Shown in pieces: positions 51,011-63,893 of a stretch of DNA of 64,000 nt. Positions within the stretch are counted from its first letter, which is position 1. Every line of letters begins with the position of its first letter. The notes under the pieces are model-generated. The model was not told where the DNA came from and ran no database searches. It was given only the letters and a program-made list of their open reading frames with translations. The stretch is from Octopus sinensis (taxonomy: Eukaryota): assembly GCF_006345805.1 (NCBI RefSeq), contig NC_043005.1, positions 45,012,001-45,076,000 on the forward strand, in the 5' to 3' direction. Position numbers and translations under genes: made by a program.

Positions 51011-53369
51011 TTTTTTCACCATTTTGCCTCTATTTTAAAATTTTTTTTCCAATTCTGGCATAGATTGAATGAATCTTTCAGCACAGCATTTCATGACAAG
51101 TCTTGAACCTTTGTCATCTGTCACACACACACTGCAACAAAGAAAACTGCGATTTATTTTTATTGTGCACGTCATGTTTTATAACATAGCTTGCCTTTAT
51201 TGTTGGATATTCCTATCACCAACATTTTGAAGTATGCACTGGATGTATTCTGATTATACTTTGTACACTGAAGAAGTTATCAATGGCAGATCTAAAGTGT
51301 TCCCTCTATCTTGTATTAATGTTTATTAAGATTTTCTGCTCCTCTAGATGGGAAGCTTTTGTGCTGACGCTAGTGGAATCCTTATCTTCTCCATTTGATT
51401 CTTATTTTTGATTGAATGGTTTTTAAAGCTACATGCAGTTCCAGTCACTAATCACTTTATCGTATGAACTGGTGCCACACCCATGTTGGCACCATATAGA
51501 AGAAAAAAAAGCCCATCCAATGCACTCCATAAAGTGACTGGCATTAAGAAGGAAATCCAGCCACAGAAACCATCCCAAAACAGACAACTGCTGGAGCATG
51601 GTCAAGCCCTCTGGCTTGCCAGCTTCTGTTGAACTATCCAAACCATGCCAGCATGGAAAACAGACATTAAATGAAGATGATGATGGTGATGATGGTGGTG
51701 ATGATGATGGACGTGGTGGTGATGGTGGTGGAATATGATGATGATGATGATGATGATGATGATCCAACTAGAGAGGTTCTCTATAACAGGACTAAAGGAA
51801 GCTTCTGTTTTTACTCAGAGGTACTAACTCCTATATGGGTTGCCTTCATTGCAGTTTGCTGAATCTACCTTCCCTCTGCTTCTTCAGAATATATATTATC
51901 AATAATTGTCTCACATGAAGTCCAAGGCAAGTGGAATCAGCACAACGGCCCCACTATCTTAACTATATCACTTTATTGGCAAAAGCTCAACAATGGAATC
52001 CATACAACTTACTACACTGCTTAAATCTAAGATCAGGAATTAGCTTGGTACAAAAGAAATTTTAGCATTGGATACTTAAAGGAGATTGCTTTAGGAAGGA
52101 AAGGGTTTCAAGTGATTCCCTTTACATAAGAAATCTTAACTCTAAATAGATGAGAGATAAAATGAAATATGAGATAATTCCCATATATATATAAAATGCT
52201 GGCGCTCAGTTTACAGCAGAAAATGAGAGCTGAGCTTAATGTATGGATTTATTTAGAGAGGGAAATTTGACCAGTTGAAATATAAATGTGGGTCATTTTA
52301 CAGATGTTTTAATAGAAGTGTTATTTTAGAATATGGAATATTTTTATTAGATGTGAAAACTTAAATCTAAAGAATATGTCTCATTAATGAAGAAACTGAA
52401 ACAGAAATATGAAGCTACTTTCCACTAGTATTTCATTCAATTCTTAAATGAAAATATTTAATCAATAAGACATACTTGTAAAATATTCATTGCTAAAATG
52501 CTAAAACACAATTCGTTTCTATGCTAGAACATCACATTTCTATGAATCAAAATCAATTCTTATGTTTAATATGCTTCATTTCAAATCCCCTAAATTATTC
52601 AATTATTTATTTTTATTCAGTATTCCCTAAATTCCAATTAATAATTTTATTGAAAAGTCTTAGACTTCATTATTCCTATTTTGCAGCAAATTTAATGCCT
52701 TAAATGAGAACCACTTAAAGTATGAAGAATTATTCAGTTTTCAGATTTCCACCTGTTCATTAATCCTTCAGATCTTAATATTGCTTTAACTTTCTCTCAT
52801 CAGTAAACCTTTTCACACTATCTGTTAATTAGTTCCAGCTTTATGCTTCTTAATCCAAAGAAATACAGAAATAATTACCTCCACTATTCAATGGAGATTG
52901 GTTTTATTTCTTCATTCTTTTATCTGTTTCTCATTTGAAGTAGTTGTGTATCTGAATACATCAAAGATCACAAAAACAGGGACGATTCAGAACAAGCTAA
53001 ATTTTTTTTTTAATTATTATTATTATTTTTAAAAACACACTAAAAACAGGACTGCAATGACTCTAAAGAAATAATTAAAAATCCTCTCTACTTTATTAAC
53101 CTAGTATAAAACTTCAAATATTAAGAATAGACTTAAACTTTGGAAGATACAAACTAATAATAGAATTTAAATTGAATCCATTATGTTTGTTATATTAAAC
53201 AGTGATTACAACCTAAAGAAGTTATGTTCAAACTGAGCATAAACCATATCGTTATCACTGGTCTGACGGGGGCTTAAATTTATCATGGATATTGTTCCTT
53301 TACATTTATAACCCAATGACAGAAACCAATTGAAGAGTTTTGGGAAACTAGGAAAGGCTAGAATAGTGA

Positions 53370-53590
53370 CAATAACCATTTCTACTATAGGTACAAGGCC
53401 TGAGATTTGGGAGAACAGGAGTTAGTCAGTTTCATTGACTCCAGTGTTCAGCTGGTACGTATTTCAGAAAATCTGAAAGGATGAAAGGCAAAGTCAACCA
53501 CAACTAGATTTGAACACCGAATGTAAAAACGGATGAAACGTTTAGCAGCATTTTATCTGGCATGCTAACAATTCTACCAGCTCACCACCT
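53370..53590 (-). mobile_element. SINE family B, decayed
   Basis: ttctactataggtacaaggcctgagattt...ggatgaaaggcaaagtcaacc...ccagctcaccacct. Confidence 0.75.
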
Positions 53591-53892
53591 CTGGACAGTG
53601 ACAGTGATATTTAGCTGAATATCTAAGAATTTAGTTTCACGTTTTTACATTCTAAGTTCAAATACTACTGGGATTAATATTGCCTTGTATCCATCTGTGA
53701 TCAATCAAGAATGTATCAAGCACATTGTAGTGTGAATTAAGTTATATTCATCTCCTGCAGATTATAAACCTTTAGCTAATAGGAGAAATTATTCTTATTA
53801 TAATAAATAGTGTGTCTCTGAAATAAACTCTGTTATTTTGCAGACCCTCATTGCCCATTGGAACAGCATTTAGTTGACAGGTTAACATTGAT

Positions 53893-54111
53893 CCCTTAGC
53901 ATTCAAACTACTCTGTTAAATGCAATGCTTATTTATCCACATTCTTTTGAATCAATTATGCTTTATCACATAGCTTTGAGATTTCAGTGATGTGATTATT
54001 TAGTTTTAGAATGACATTGTAGAGGTGGTGTGAGAAACCAGATCTGGCTGGTTTGAACATAAAACAGGTGGAATATTTTGGCCAGATACAGCTGGTTTAA
54101 ATGCTAAAGGG
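53893..54111. mobile_element. piggyBac-type MITE
   Basis: cccttagcatt ... aatgctaaaggg|TTAA. Confidence 0.75.
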
Positions 54112-54217
54112 TTAAACTATTTCTTTGGTATTAAATCTTCTTATGAATATAAGTTTTTAAAATTTAGCACAAAATATTTATAACTATCAAAAATAATAAT
54201 AATAATAATAATAATAA

Positions 54218-54264
<47 letters not shown>

Positions 54265-54265
<1 letters not shown>

Positions 54266-54475
54266 TCTTTCTGCTATAGGCACAAGCCTGAAATTTGTGG
54301 GGAGGGGTTAAGTAGATTACATCGACCCCAGTACACAACTAGTACTTAATTTATTGACCCCAAAAAGATAAAAGGCAAAGTCTACCTCCGAAAACCTTGA
54401 ACTCAGAATGTAGCAACAGGAGAAATACCACTAAGCATTTCACCCATGCTAACAATTCTGCCAGCTCGCTGCCTT
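54265..54475 (-). mobile_element. SINE family B with adjacent (TAA)n tail
   Basis: Family body following the (TAA)n tract at about 54196-54263. Confidence 0.8.
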
Positions 54476-54493
54476 AATAATTATGATGGTGAC

Positions 54494-54538
<45 letters not shown>

Positions 54539-55296
54539 GGTGGTGGTAGACCCTCTCGTCAAAGATTGTATATGAGTGTTCAGCTTTTTTGCCAAATGAC
54601 CTGCACAAATGACTTGTTTAAAGTGACTAACTGTATGTGCAGTACATTAGTTTATTCCCTCCATCAAATGGACATTTGCTTGAACAGGAGCACAGTTGCC
54701 AAGTGTCAGATATCGAAGTGATCAGAGAGCAACACGAGACAAAGTGTTTTTTGCTCAAGAACATCATTTAAGATTACTTAACAATGTTATGAAAAGCAAT
54801 CACAAAAATATCATCCAGATGAAAATAACAGTGAAGCTAGTGTTGTTAACATATTTAATTTAGTGTGTATTAAACTTGTAATTAAAAATAACAAGATGGT
54901 GAGGAAAATGCAGCATTAGCTTATTGACTAATTGACTAAACATTTTGCTAAGTACAAGAGACAAATCTGGATTTGCTTTGAACTCCTTAGAACTCTTCAG
55001 TAAAAAATAGACTCTGTCATGTTTGTTATACTCACTGAAATTATTAAAATGATATTAGTTATCGAGCTAATGTTATTTTTCCTCACTGTGTAATTATTTT
55101 TAATTAAGCTTTTTATAGGATCACTACTTCAAATATGTTATCCATTTCTTAATTACTGTTTACCATACAGCTGAGTAATTTCTCTCAGTAATTTACTATT
55201 TTAGATATGTTAATTTTCCAAACCTACTTTTATGTAGTATTGAACCAACATTTAGTGATTCTTCCTTCACTATTTCAGCAATTACACATAAGTCTA

Positions 55297-55853
55297 AGAG
55301 GTCTGATCAAAATGCATCAGGAGTCTTGCTATGGTAACAGAACTAAAGTAGTGCAGAGTGAAGTCACTTAACACAGATCAACTTTGAACTCTGTCATTCA
55401 AGCACACTAATTCATCATGTTCTTGCTCAATTACATTGTTTATAGCAATGCTCGGAATTAAAGTGTGGTCGTCTCAAAAAGAATATCAGGTTTCAGCTGT
55501 GCAGGATCTCCTTGATTGTGTTGAGGATCCTGCAAACGTTTTGAAAACAGTCAGAACAGAGTGATGAATCATGGGTGTATGGCTATGACTTTGAAACCAA
55601 GGCAGAAATCGAATTCCGCTTGAAAGGAACACGATTTCAAGATGTCAAGGAAATTCAGATGAGTGTGATGAGGCATCTGCTCCCTATACTGAAAAAGAGA
55701 GTTCCAGTAATGCTTCCATCAATGAAAACAACACTAGATAAAGTGTGTGGCTTCAGAAGGGAACTGCTTTGAAGGAGATTAAAAACTGAATTGATATGCA
55801 TTATAGCTTACGTTTTATAGCACCAGTTCCAATTCTTTTTAATTAGACATTGC
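55297..55853 (+). mobile_element. Internally deleted mariner transposon
   Basis: TA|agaggtctgatcaaaatgcatcaggagt ... agttccaattctttttaattagacattg TIR-like ends; DESWVYGYDFETKAE joined to LKGTRFQDVKEIQ and KCVASEGNCFEGD*. Confidence 0.8.
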
Positions 55854-57794
55854 ATGCTTGCCTAAGAAAATCTAATGAGACCAAAACATGTTTGACACTG
55901 TCTCCCAAACTTGCTACATTGATTACAATAATGTTAATCATTGGATTTATCACTCTTATCTCCCCCACCATCCGTCATTTCATCAATAACTTACTCAACT
56001 ACTACAATACTACATCAACTACAAAGAAAGCTGGCTCCAAACAAGTACACTAAAAGTAATGCTTTCCCTTCTTACTACAAACATTAAAAACATTGAATAC
56101 AATGAGCAACTACACTCAGCAACACACTTCACACACAGAAGACAAAAGTACCAGGAACTGCCTAAAATACCTCTTATGGTGGGTATAAAGCACGGGTATT
56201 GTTAGGCTAATAAACAGAAAGCCATTAGAAGTTTCAAAGGTAAGGCATTTCAATTGTTGGCCACATAATTTTATAGCGGAGCTTTCAATAATTTGAACTG
56301 TAATGTTCAATTATAATACTGTTCTAAATAAGAACAACTGGACTGCTTTTAGTTAACCATTATCTCAAAAAGAAAATAATAATGTTATTGTTTACATAGA
56401 GAACATTCAATCACCTGTGGAAATATATATTGTGTTCAGCATCCTTTCAATTAATCATGTAAACAAAGATAATTCACATTTCAATGAAAATAAGAAATAT
56501 TTTGATATTTCAAAGAATTTATAAACAAAACTTTATGAATTGCATATGTATTGTTCAATTTTGAAACAAATATCCGGAAATTGTCTTCAAAAAGTATGGA
56601 ATACCTTATGCCCAAAGTAAAAATTATCCATCTTTCTGACTCGATATTTAATCACCAGTTTTAACTTTATAATAATCAGTAGCAAAAACACAAATTCTAA
56701 AATTTCCTTTATATGTGTAACAAACACAACCACACTAAATATAATTTAGAAATACATGAATACAGCCAAAATTCTTATTCTTAAATATTTTCATAATTTC
56801 TTCATTTTCTTGATTATATTTTTCCTATTTTTGTTTAGATGCATTTTTTAATCCTTCTTATCATGCTAGCATATCAGGAATGAATTTCAAAATGTATTAC
56901 ATTTATATAAGTTCAAACCTCACTTCAAGGCACATCATTCTATTTTCCAAAATCTTTGAATCTGCAAATAACGACCAATCCCAATTGACAAGTAAGTGGC
57001 AAGTGGTAGGAAAGACATGAAGCTGTTAAAATACTTCCAACAGATGCTATTTAAATTATAAGATTTTCAGAACTTAGTTCCATCCCCATTGTAATGTCGA
57101 AAATTTTGATATAAATAAGTGAAAACATTATGTTCAAGGTGTTCTACAAATATACATCACTAATATTTCTGTTTCTTTCACATTCTTTGCTCCATTTGTG
57201 AACATCACATACTGTCATCTAAATGCAATTCATTTATGTTTACAAAACGAGGATCAATTATATAATGTTTAACACAACTGTTTTCACTATACTCAATATG
57301 CTGCTGAAAATTGTTTTTTAAAATCATATAAGCTTGAGTGAGATATTTCTCTTATCTTGTCCATTTGTAATAATGTTGTTTTGCTTCTTGTAGTGTGTGT
57401 GTGTGCAATTTTTTAATATCAGTTTCAGCTTTAGAATTATGTAGAATTATGTAATAAAATGAATTATTCACTCTATTCTCTTTGTTGATATATATATCCA
57501 TATATACATATATGGATGTATACATACATATAGATATACTTATATACATACTTAGATATTTGCTTATATAAATATATACATACTTAAGTATTTGCTTATA
57601 TAAATATATATATATATATACATACATACATACATACATACATACGTACATATGTACATACATACATACATACATACATACATACATTACATACATACAT
57701 ATACTTACATACACAGACATATATATTTGGCATGGAGCTGAATCAAACTGTTTTAAATAATAATACACACACACACACATACACAAATAACAGC

Positions 57795-58122
57795 AGATGG
57801 ATAATGGTTCATTCACTACAGTTGTTTTCAACAAACTTTTTAATTGATGAACAGAGATATTACATCCGGACAAAAAATGTTTTCATCGGATGAATTACAC
57901 ACTTAAAACATTCCAAAAGTCGCCAGTTTGTGCCAATCCATGATTAATCAGGGAATCATGAAGTGGCACAAACTGGTAACTTTTGGAATGTTTTAAATGT
58001 GTAATTCGGGTATATTGACCTGGTAAAATAGTTATATATTTTTTTCACATGATGTAATATCGTTGTCCATCAATTAAAAAATTCATTGGAAACAGCTGTA
58101 GAGAATGAACCATCATGCATCT
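57795..58122. repeat. Palindromic (hairpin) MITE-like element
   Basis: Outer arms 57795-57866 / 58051-58122 and inner arms 57892-57945 / 57954-58007 around an 8-nt loop. Confidence 0.85.
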
Positions 58123-58261
58123 ATTATTTTTTAAATTATTCACTTTAACCAGAATTTCCTATGCGATCGGATCCAGAGTCTATTAAGTGCAGTACAATTG
58201 GTGCAGTGTGTTCCTAAATACAGCCTTGAGACTCATAGCATACTCAGTTGGGTACAGTTAA

Positions 58262-58646
58262 TCTCTCTCTATATAAACGGCAGTTTGTCTGTGTGTGTTT
58301 CTGTGTGTCTGTTTGCTTGTACCCTCACCCTGACCACGGCCTTCAACCAATTCTGATGAAACTTGACACACACATAGCCCAATGTCATAATTCAAAACTA
58401 ACGCAGCGAAAATTTTGAAAAGTTCCCCCAGTTCTGAAAAAGATCGATAAATTCGACATGGGATCGAGAATCAGAAACACAAACCACAGATGGTCTAGGG
58501 GACGCAACTCGACCTTTTTAACTATCAAAAAAAATTTACCATAATTTTTTTCTCCATTTTTTTGCTATTTTTTGGCTATAACTCTCTAAAAATGCTTTAT
58601 AGTTATTTCCCTTACAAACCCGAGCAACGCCGGGCGATACTGCTAG
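58262..58646 (+). mobile_element. Non-autonomous Helitron
   Basis: Inserted between A and T with no TSD; 5' TC; 3' GC-rich hairpin cccgagcaacgccggg about 11 nt before the terminal CTAG. Confidence 0.85.
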
Positions 58647-58866
58647 TCATAGATACAACTGAAATAATAATTTATCAATACTTCAGTATGTAGCTATTTG
58701 TTCCAATGATTCCATAATATACATGATTCCCTTTATATAACTTGACCTGGTGCTTTACCTTTTAAGTCCCAGCTCACAATATATAAACAGGGAAGCAGCA
58801 GACAGCCGTTGGTCTCATTACCATCTAGTATTATTACTCTCTCTCTCTCTCTTTCTTTTACTCTTT

Positions 58867-59172
58867 TACTTGTTTCAGTCATTTGACTGCAGCCATGCTG
58901 GAGCACCGCCTTTAGTCGAGCACATTGACCCAGGACTTATTCTTTGTAAGCCTAGTACTTATTCTATCAGTCTTGTTTGCCGAACTGCTAAGTTATGGGG
59001 ATGTAAACACACCAGCATCGGTTTTCAAGTGATGTTGGGGTGACAAACACAGACACACAAACATATACATATATACGACGGGCTTCTTTCAGTTTCCATC
59101 TACCAAATTCACTCACAAGGCTTTGGTCAGCCTGAGGCTATAGTAGAAGACACTTGCCCAAGGTACCACACA
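58867..59172 (-). mobile_element. SINE family A, head truncated at the LINE junction
   Basis: Family body stops at gacacttgcccaaggtaccacacag, where LINE sequence begins. Confidence 0.85.
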
Positions 59173-59200
59173 GGTTCCTCCCTCCTCTACGTATTGACTC

Positions 59201-59680
59201 TCAAGTTATTACTGCGGAAGTTGGAGGCTTTGAGGGCTGTCCTGCCTCCAACTTCCGCAGTAATAGCTCGAGAGTCAATACGTAGAGGAGGCAGGAGAGA
59301 GGGCATCCTTGGCGGACCAAATGTGACATGTTTGATGGCTCCAAAAGGTGACAGTTCACCTGTATGACTGAGCAGATGCTGCTGTACAAAGCAGCGATCC
59401 ACCGGACTGAACTGGCTGCCCGGAGAACAGCTGCCAGGTATTGATGGTCAATCCTATCGAAGACTTTAGACTGATCTAAAGTGATCAAAGCCCCACCTGC
59501 GCCAGCTTCGTTACCTACCCTCTCTATGATGTAGCGCATTTCTGCACCTTGCCAATCAGCTTGTCCATGACAAGCACCAACCTTGGCCAAAATCTTCAAC
59601 TCTGCATTGAGCAGAGCGATTGCCCTAAAGTTCCCTATCATATCCCCCTTGTTTGGGTCCTTTCTCAGCAGTGCCATCAC
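59201..59680 (-). pseudogene. LINE ORF2 reverse transcriptase fragment
   Basis: LLRKDPNKGDMIGNFRAIALLNAELKILAKV; ALITLDQSKVFDRIDHQYL; VRQGCPLSCLLYVLTLE; internal deletions. Confidence 0.92.
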
Positions 59681-60269
59681 TCCTCAACAAACAAAAGCAG
59701 GAATTTGCCTGTTTTGTTGCCAGTTGCAGTAGACATTCGTCAAGAGGCCCACAACAAGTCTGGCATTGAAGTGTCAAGCTCGTAGGGCAGACCATCCAAA
59801 CCTGGCGATCTACCTCTCGTGCAACTTTTCATCACTTCCTCTACTTCCCAGGCAGATATCGGTCTTTTGCAGCACTCCACCTCATTGGCTGAGAGTCGCA
59901 GCAGGCCGTCCAGGTACACACCGAAGTCTGTCCTATTGTCCATCCCACTGCTTGTCCTGAACAGTTGAGCAAAGTGCTGCTGAAAGACTGCACACATTTT
60001 CTTCGGTTTGGAAACCTCACACCCATTTTGGTCCACCAAAGACCGAATGGTTGCTCTGTTGCTGTGCTTCACCTCTGCCACGCAGGCCCATCAAGCAGCC
60101 TTAGCCCCCTCCCCACTTACAGAACGTGTCTTAGTTGATACCTGTCTGACAGCTGAAAGTATCTGAGTAGGTTAGCGAGGCTCTTGCACACCCCTCTCCT
60201 ATCAGATGTTCCCACGCCCACCCAATCAAAACGTTCGTCTAAGATAGCATTCCAATCCCAAACTAGTAA

Positions 60270-60700
60270 TTAAGTGCAGGACATGCCTAAGAAAACCTCC
60301 AGGCACTTGAAATAATCCGACTGCCCTGCTCCTGTCAGAGCGTAGGCAGCCAGCAGTCTGAAGGCACCACCGTCACTACTGTCCACGTCCAGGACCACCA
60401 ACTTATTCTCTGGATCCAGGAAGACAGTCTTTATTTTCAAATCCAGGCTTTTCCGAAATAACATGGTAGTACCACCACCACCTACTCCCAGCTGACACAA
60501 AGATAGAAAAATCTCATATCTGCTGAAAAGGGCTGTGAGTTCCCATGGATTGGAGAGCCTGATTTCACAAATGGCTGCTACATCCACACTGTAAGACCTC
60601 AGGTCGTTTAACAGGTGACCTTTTTTTTTTCCAAGGCGACCTGAGGCCTTTCACATTTATACTACCAATTCTGAGCACGACTATCTTTCAAAAAAGAAGT
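60270..60700 (-). pseudogene. LINE ORF2 apurinic-like endonuclease fragment
   Basis: LRIGSINVKGLRS then a frameshift in a T-run, GHLLNDLRSYSVDVAAICEIRL...GGTTMLFRKSL...LVVLDV...FRLLAAYA. Confidence 0.85.
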
Positions 60701-61371
60701 ATTTATACAGGAGAAAAAGCTCTACTTACAGCTATTGTCTGGTGGGGTGGCTCTCTTGTGCTTCTGTATGGGTTTTTCCACCAGATTTCTAAAACATTTT
60801 TTGGAGAAACTTCTCCCTAGCAACCCAACATCGTCTGGAAATTTGTTTTTTTATTTTGTTATAGTTGTCGTTTGAAATTGTCAGTGTGAATATGTGTGCT
60901 GCTAGTGTGTTGTGAGTGGGTATGACAAAATAGGAAATTTTCGTGTCTGTATTGGTTTTCAATTATGTCACTAGCTGTTCATTTTTCATGTTTATTGCTG
61001 TAATGTTGGTATTGGTGGTGGTTGTGGTGTCTGTGTGTGTTGGTGTGTGCAGTGGTAGTGGTGGAGAAGATGTTGCTAATTGTTGTGAGTGCATGTTGTT
61101 GTTGTTGGGAAGCTCTACTTTCTTGCGCCTCCCCAGTTTGTCAGTTGTTTCTTTATACTTCTTTTTTCTTTTCTTTGTCGGTGGCACTGTGTTCCACTCC
61201 CCTTTCTCACTATCAGTACTTGTACTATACGAGCTGATTTGGTCAGGAAAGGGGATGTCTTTAGGGTTTGTTTTCAGTATTGTTTTGAAATGTAGTTTTA
61301 TAGAATGTTATTGTTGGTGGTGTAATCTCTGTTGAAATTGGTGTTGTTGTTGGTGGTGGTGGTGATGGTAT

Positions 61372-62430
61372 TGTTACGGAATCACCCGTCGTCACCCGTC
61401 CCGAACGGCTCACACAAGTTCCGCCACGGAACCCAAAGAGGCGGAGAGAGGAGATACAGATAGATACTGCCACAACCTCAACAGCACAGAGATACAGAGG
61501 CACAACCCGAGATACAACCCAAAGAGGCAAGGCAACAACTGGCAACACTGGCTTATATTCAAACAACAGTTTATACGACAATTACAATTGTTACAACATC
61601 AAATACATTTAAAGGAAACATGCACGTGACTACTCAATACATCATGCAACAGATCAATGCATAATACAACAGCATGTAACAAGAGTACAATTCAAAGTTC
61701 AACAGTTCTTTAAAGTCTCTTTCTGAACATCACAATCAAAAAGTCCTTTACTCAATTCTGAACATAAACACCACAACTCGATAATCGACATATCGACAGA
61801 GTCTCTGACTGTTCTCTTCACTGTTCAATACACAAATCACATACCTCAATTCCTAATTGAATCTGCCAGTGTCCCATTCCTCTCAATACTGCTAATTCCT
61901 CTGAATACTGCTAATTCCCTTCTGTGCCGCCAAGCTTTCTCGCATCCAACTTGCTCCTAAGAATTCCAACGCTTGCTCCTTAAATCCAAGGTCCGTCTGT
62001 CTTCTTCGAGGACCGGCCAGCGACTCCAAGATCCGTCTGTGTTCCTCGACGACCGCTCAACGACTGCCAAGACTTCACTTCATCTCTGTCCTCGCTTCCA
62101 CTCCCTCATCTCCCTCTTATAGCCTTTCTATTTGCTATCTCATTCCTTACTCTATCTATATCGCCTGCTGTCTCTTAGCCTCTCCATCCGTCCCCTACTG
62201 CTTATACCCTATCTCTATTTGCTCTCAGCCCTTAATCTGTCCCTTTTTCACATTCTCACTGACCCTCTTATCAACCACACGAGGTCACAGGTCATTCCAA
62301 AACCCATCAGTCCTCCATTAGACAAAGAACCCGTCACATTTCACCAGACATCATGGTGCCATTATTCCTATGTGGGTCACCAGAAACACTACACTAATTA
62401 AACCCGAAATGCACTTAGCCAACCGTAACA
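61372..62430. mobile_element. Solo LTR (Ty3/gypsy-type), 1059 bp
   Basis: TGTTACGG...CCGTAACA inverted termini; 4-bp TSD GTAT (61368-61371, 62431-62434); no internal domain; TATA-like GGCTATAAGAGG on the minus strand near 62115. Confidence 0.88.
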
Positions 62431-63670
62431 GTATCATTGTCTTCTTTGGTGTCATTGTTCTTGGTGTTGGTGTTGGTGTTGGTCTGGTGATTGTTGGAGG
62501 TGGTGTCACTTTTGGTAGTGGTGGTGGTGGTGGTGATGGTGTTGGTGGTACGAAAGCTTTTGGATTTTGCTTCTGCTGCATCTCCTCTTGCTGTTGTTGC
62601 TGCTGCTGCTGCAACTTCTTTTTCTTCTCCTCCACCGTTCTTTCCTTGTAAATGGGACAATCTACTTTTAAATGTTTTTCACTACTGCAGAGGTAGCACT
62701 TTGGTCTTTGCCCCTCTACAGCAACGTGCAGTCTTGTGCCGTCCAGCAAATTTATAGAGTCAAGTATGGAATTTATGGTTTGTTGGTTGATCTGAGTGAG
62801 AAGCTGCATTCCCATACCCAAACAATTTTGGCTGTGCAACTTATGCACTTCCAAAATAGTGGCAGTGTCTTCTATGTCGTAGAGGACAGCTGCCACTAGC
62901 TGGCATATATTAAGTTCGGGTGGCACTTGGTCAATTTTTATTTTTGTTACACACCGACCAAGGTATGTCGGCACAAGTAGCAATTCTTCAGTTTTCAGGG
63001 TTGTCGTTGAATGCTGCCGTGCATCGTCTTCAGTTGGGGAGCAGACTTCTGCTGTTCTAAACCACTTCCCTTTGGTCACGAAAGATTTTTTGCCCCATAC
63101 GGGCTTCAGAGCTATCTCCAACTGCTGTGGAGATGCACTTGCCATCTTTTTGGGTTTTATGTTGACATTTTTATAAATTATTGTTTTTCTGTTTGTTTCT
63201 TGCATTAGTGTCTGTGGAGTGTTAACGGAGACATTGTTTCCATCCTTCCTTAACAACTCATTTGCGGTTTTAATTTCATCCATTGTAACATTGATTTCCT
63301 CCAATCTTTGCTTTGCTGCAGAGGCGAAACCATTACAATGGCTTTTGTTGTTGGTCTTGGTGGTGTTGCTGATGTTCGGTTCTTTGTTAACTGTGTTGTT
63401 GTTTTTCTCTTCCTTCTTCTCCAGTGTAGGAGCAATAGTGGTGGTAAGAGCAGGGAAATGTACATTTGAAAGGCGATCAAAAGAACAGCCTTCATTTACT
63501 TCAGTAGCACTGCATGAGGTGGAACGCTGTTCAACTTTATCTTCTTTGCCTTCTAAGGTGCGAATTAGGTGGAGTGTATTGACATTTGATGTCTGACTCG
63601 TTTTGTCATCTGTTTGTAGAGGGTCTGGTGCACAAAGAAGGGAACAGCTTACTGTTCTCTTCAAAGACAT
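62351..63670 (-). CDS. LINE ORF1 gag-like protein with a CX2CX4HX4C zinc knuckle (439 aa as it now reads)
   Basis: Open 439-codon frame; CYLCSSEKHLKVDC knuckle followed by Q-rich and P/T-rich tracts; the C-terminal residues after the TSD derive from the LTR. Confidence 0.75.
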   Translation of the reverse strand: MSLKRTVSCSLLCAPDPLQTDDKTSQTSNVNTLHLIRTLEGKEDKVEQRSTSCSATEVNEGCSFDRLSNVHFPALTTTIAPTLEKKEEKNNNTVNKEPNISNTTKTNNKSHCNGFASAAKQRLEEINVTMDEIKTANELLRKDGNNVSVNTPQTLMQETNRKTIIYKNVNIKPKKMASASPQQLEIALKPVWGKKSFVTKGKWFRTAEVCSPTEDDARQHSTTTLKTEELLLVPTYLGRCVTKIKIDQVPPELNICQLVAAVLYDIEDTATILEVHKLHSQNCLGMGMQLLTQINQQTINSILDSINLLDGTRLHVAVEGQRPKCYLCSSEKHLKVDCPIYKERTVEEKKKKLQQQQQQQQEEMQQKQNPKAFVPPTPSPPPPPLPKVTPPPTITRPTPTPTPRTMTPKKTMILLRLAKCISGLISVVFLVTHIGIMAP

Positions 63671-63893
63671 TTTGGCAAAATTTCAAAGTTTCAAACGAAA
63701 ATTTCACCCCTAAAAGGGAAAACTTTCACCTAACCAACAAGCTCCACAAGAACCTAGTTGGCTTGGCTACACAAATATACAAAAATATCAATGGGTTTAA
63801 CAAATTTTCCAATAAAATTGGCCAACAACTTACGGAGCTTCTAGAGACACATCGGTCCGCTTTTAAAACAACTACAATAATAATAATAATAAT

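Larger units (their letters stand above)
59181..63770 (-). mobile_element. Tx1/L1-clade LINE, 3'-truncated and decayed
   Basis: Minus-strand order: CCHC ORF1, APE endonuclease, linker, then RT up to the RQGCPLS motif; no YADD motif present. Confidence 0.9.

Noticed and set aside
50753-51862. Poly-Asp, poly-His, poly-Ser and poly-Met ORFs
   Set aside because: (CAT)n/(CAC)n microsatellites, partly tails of the RTE-related repeat; not genes.
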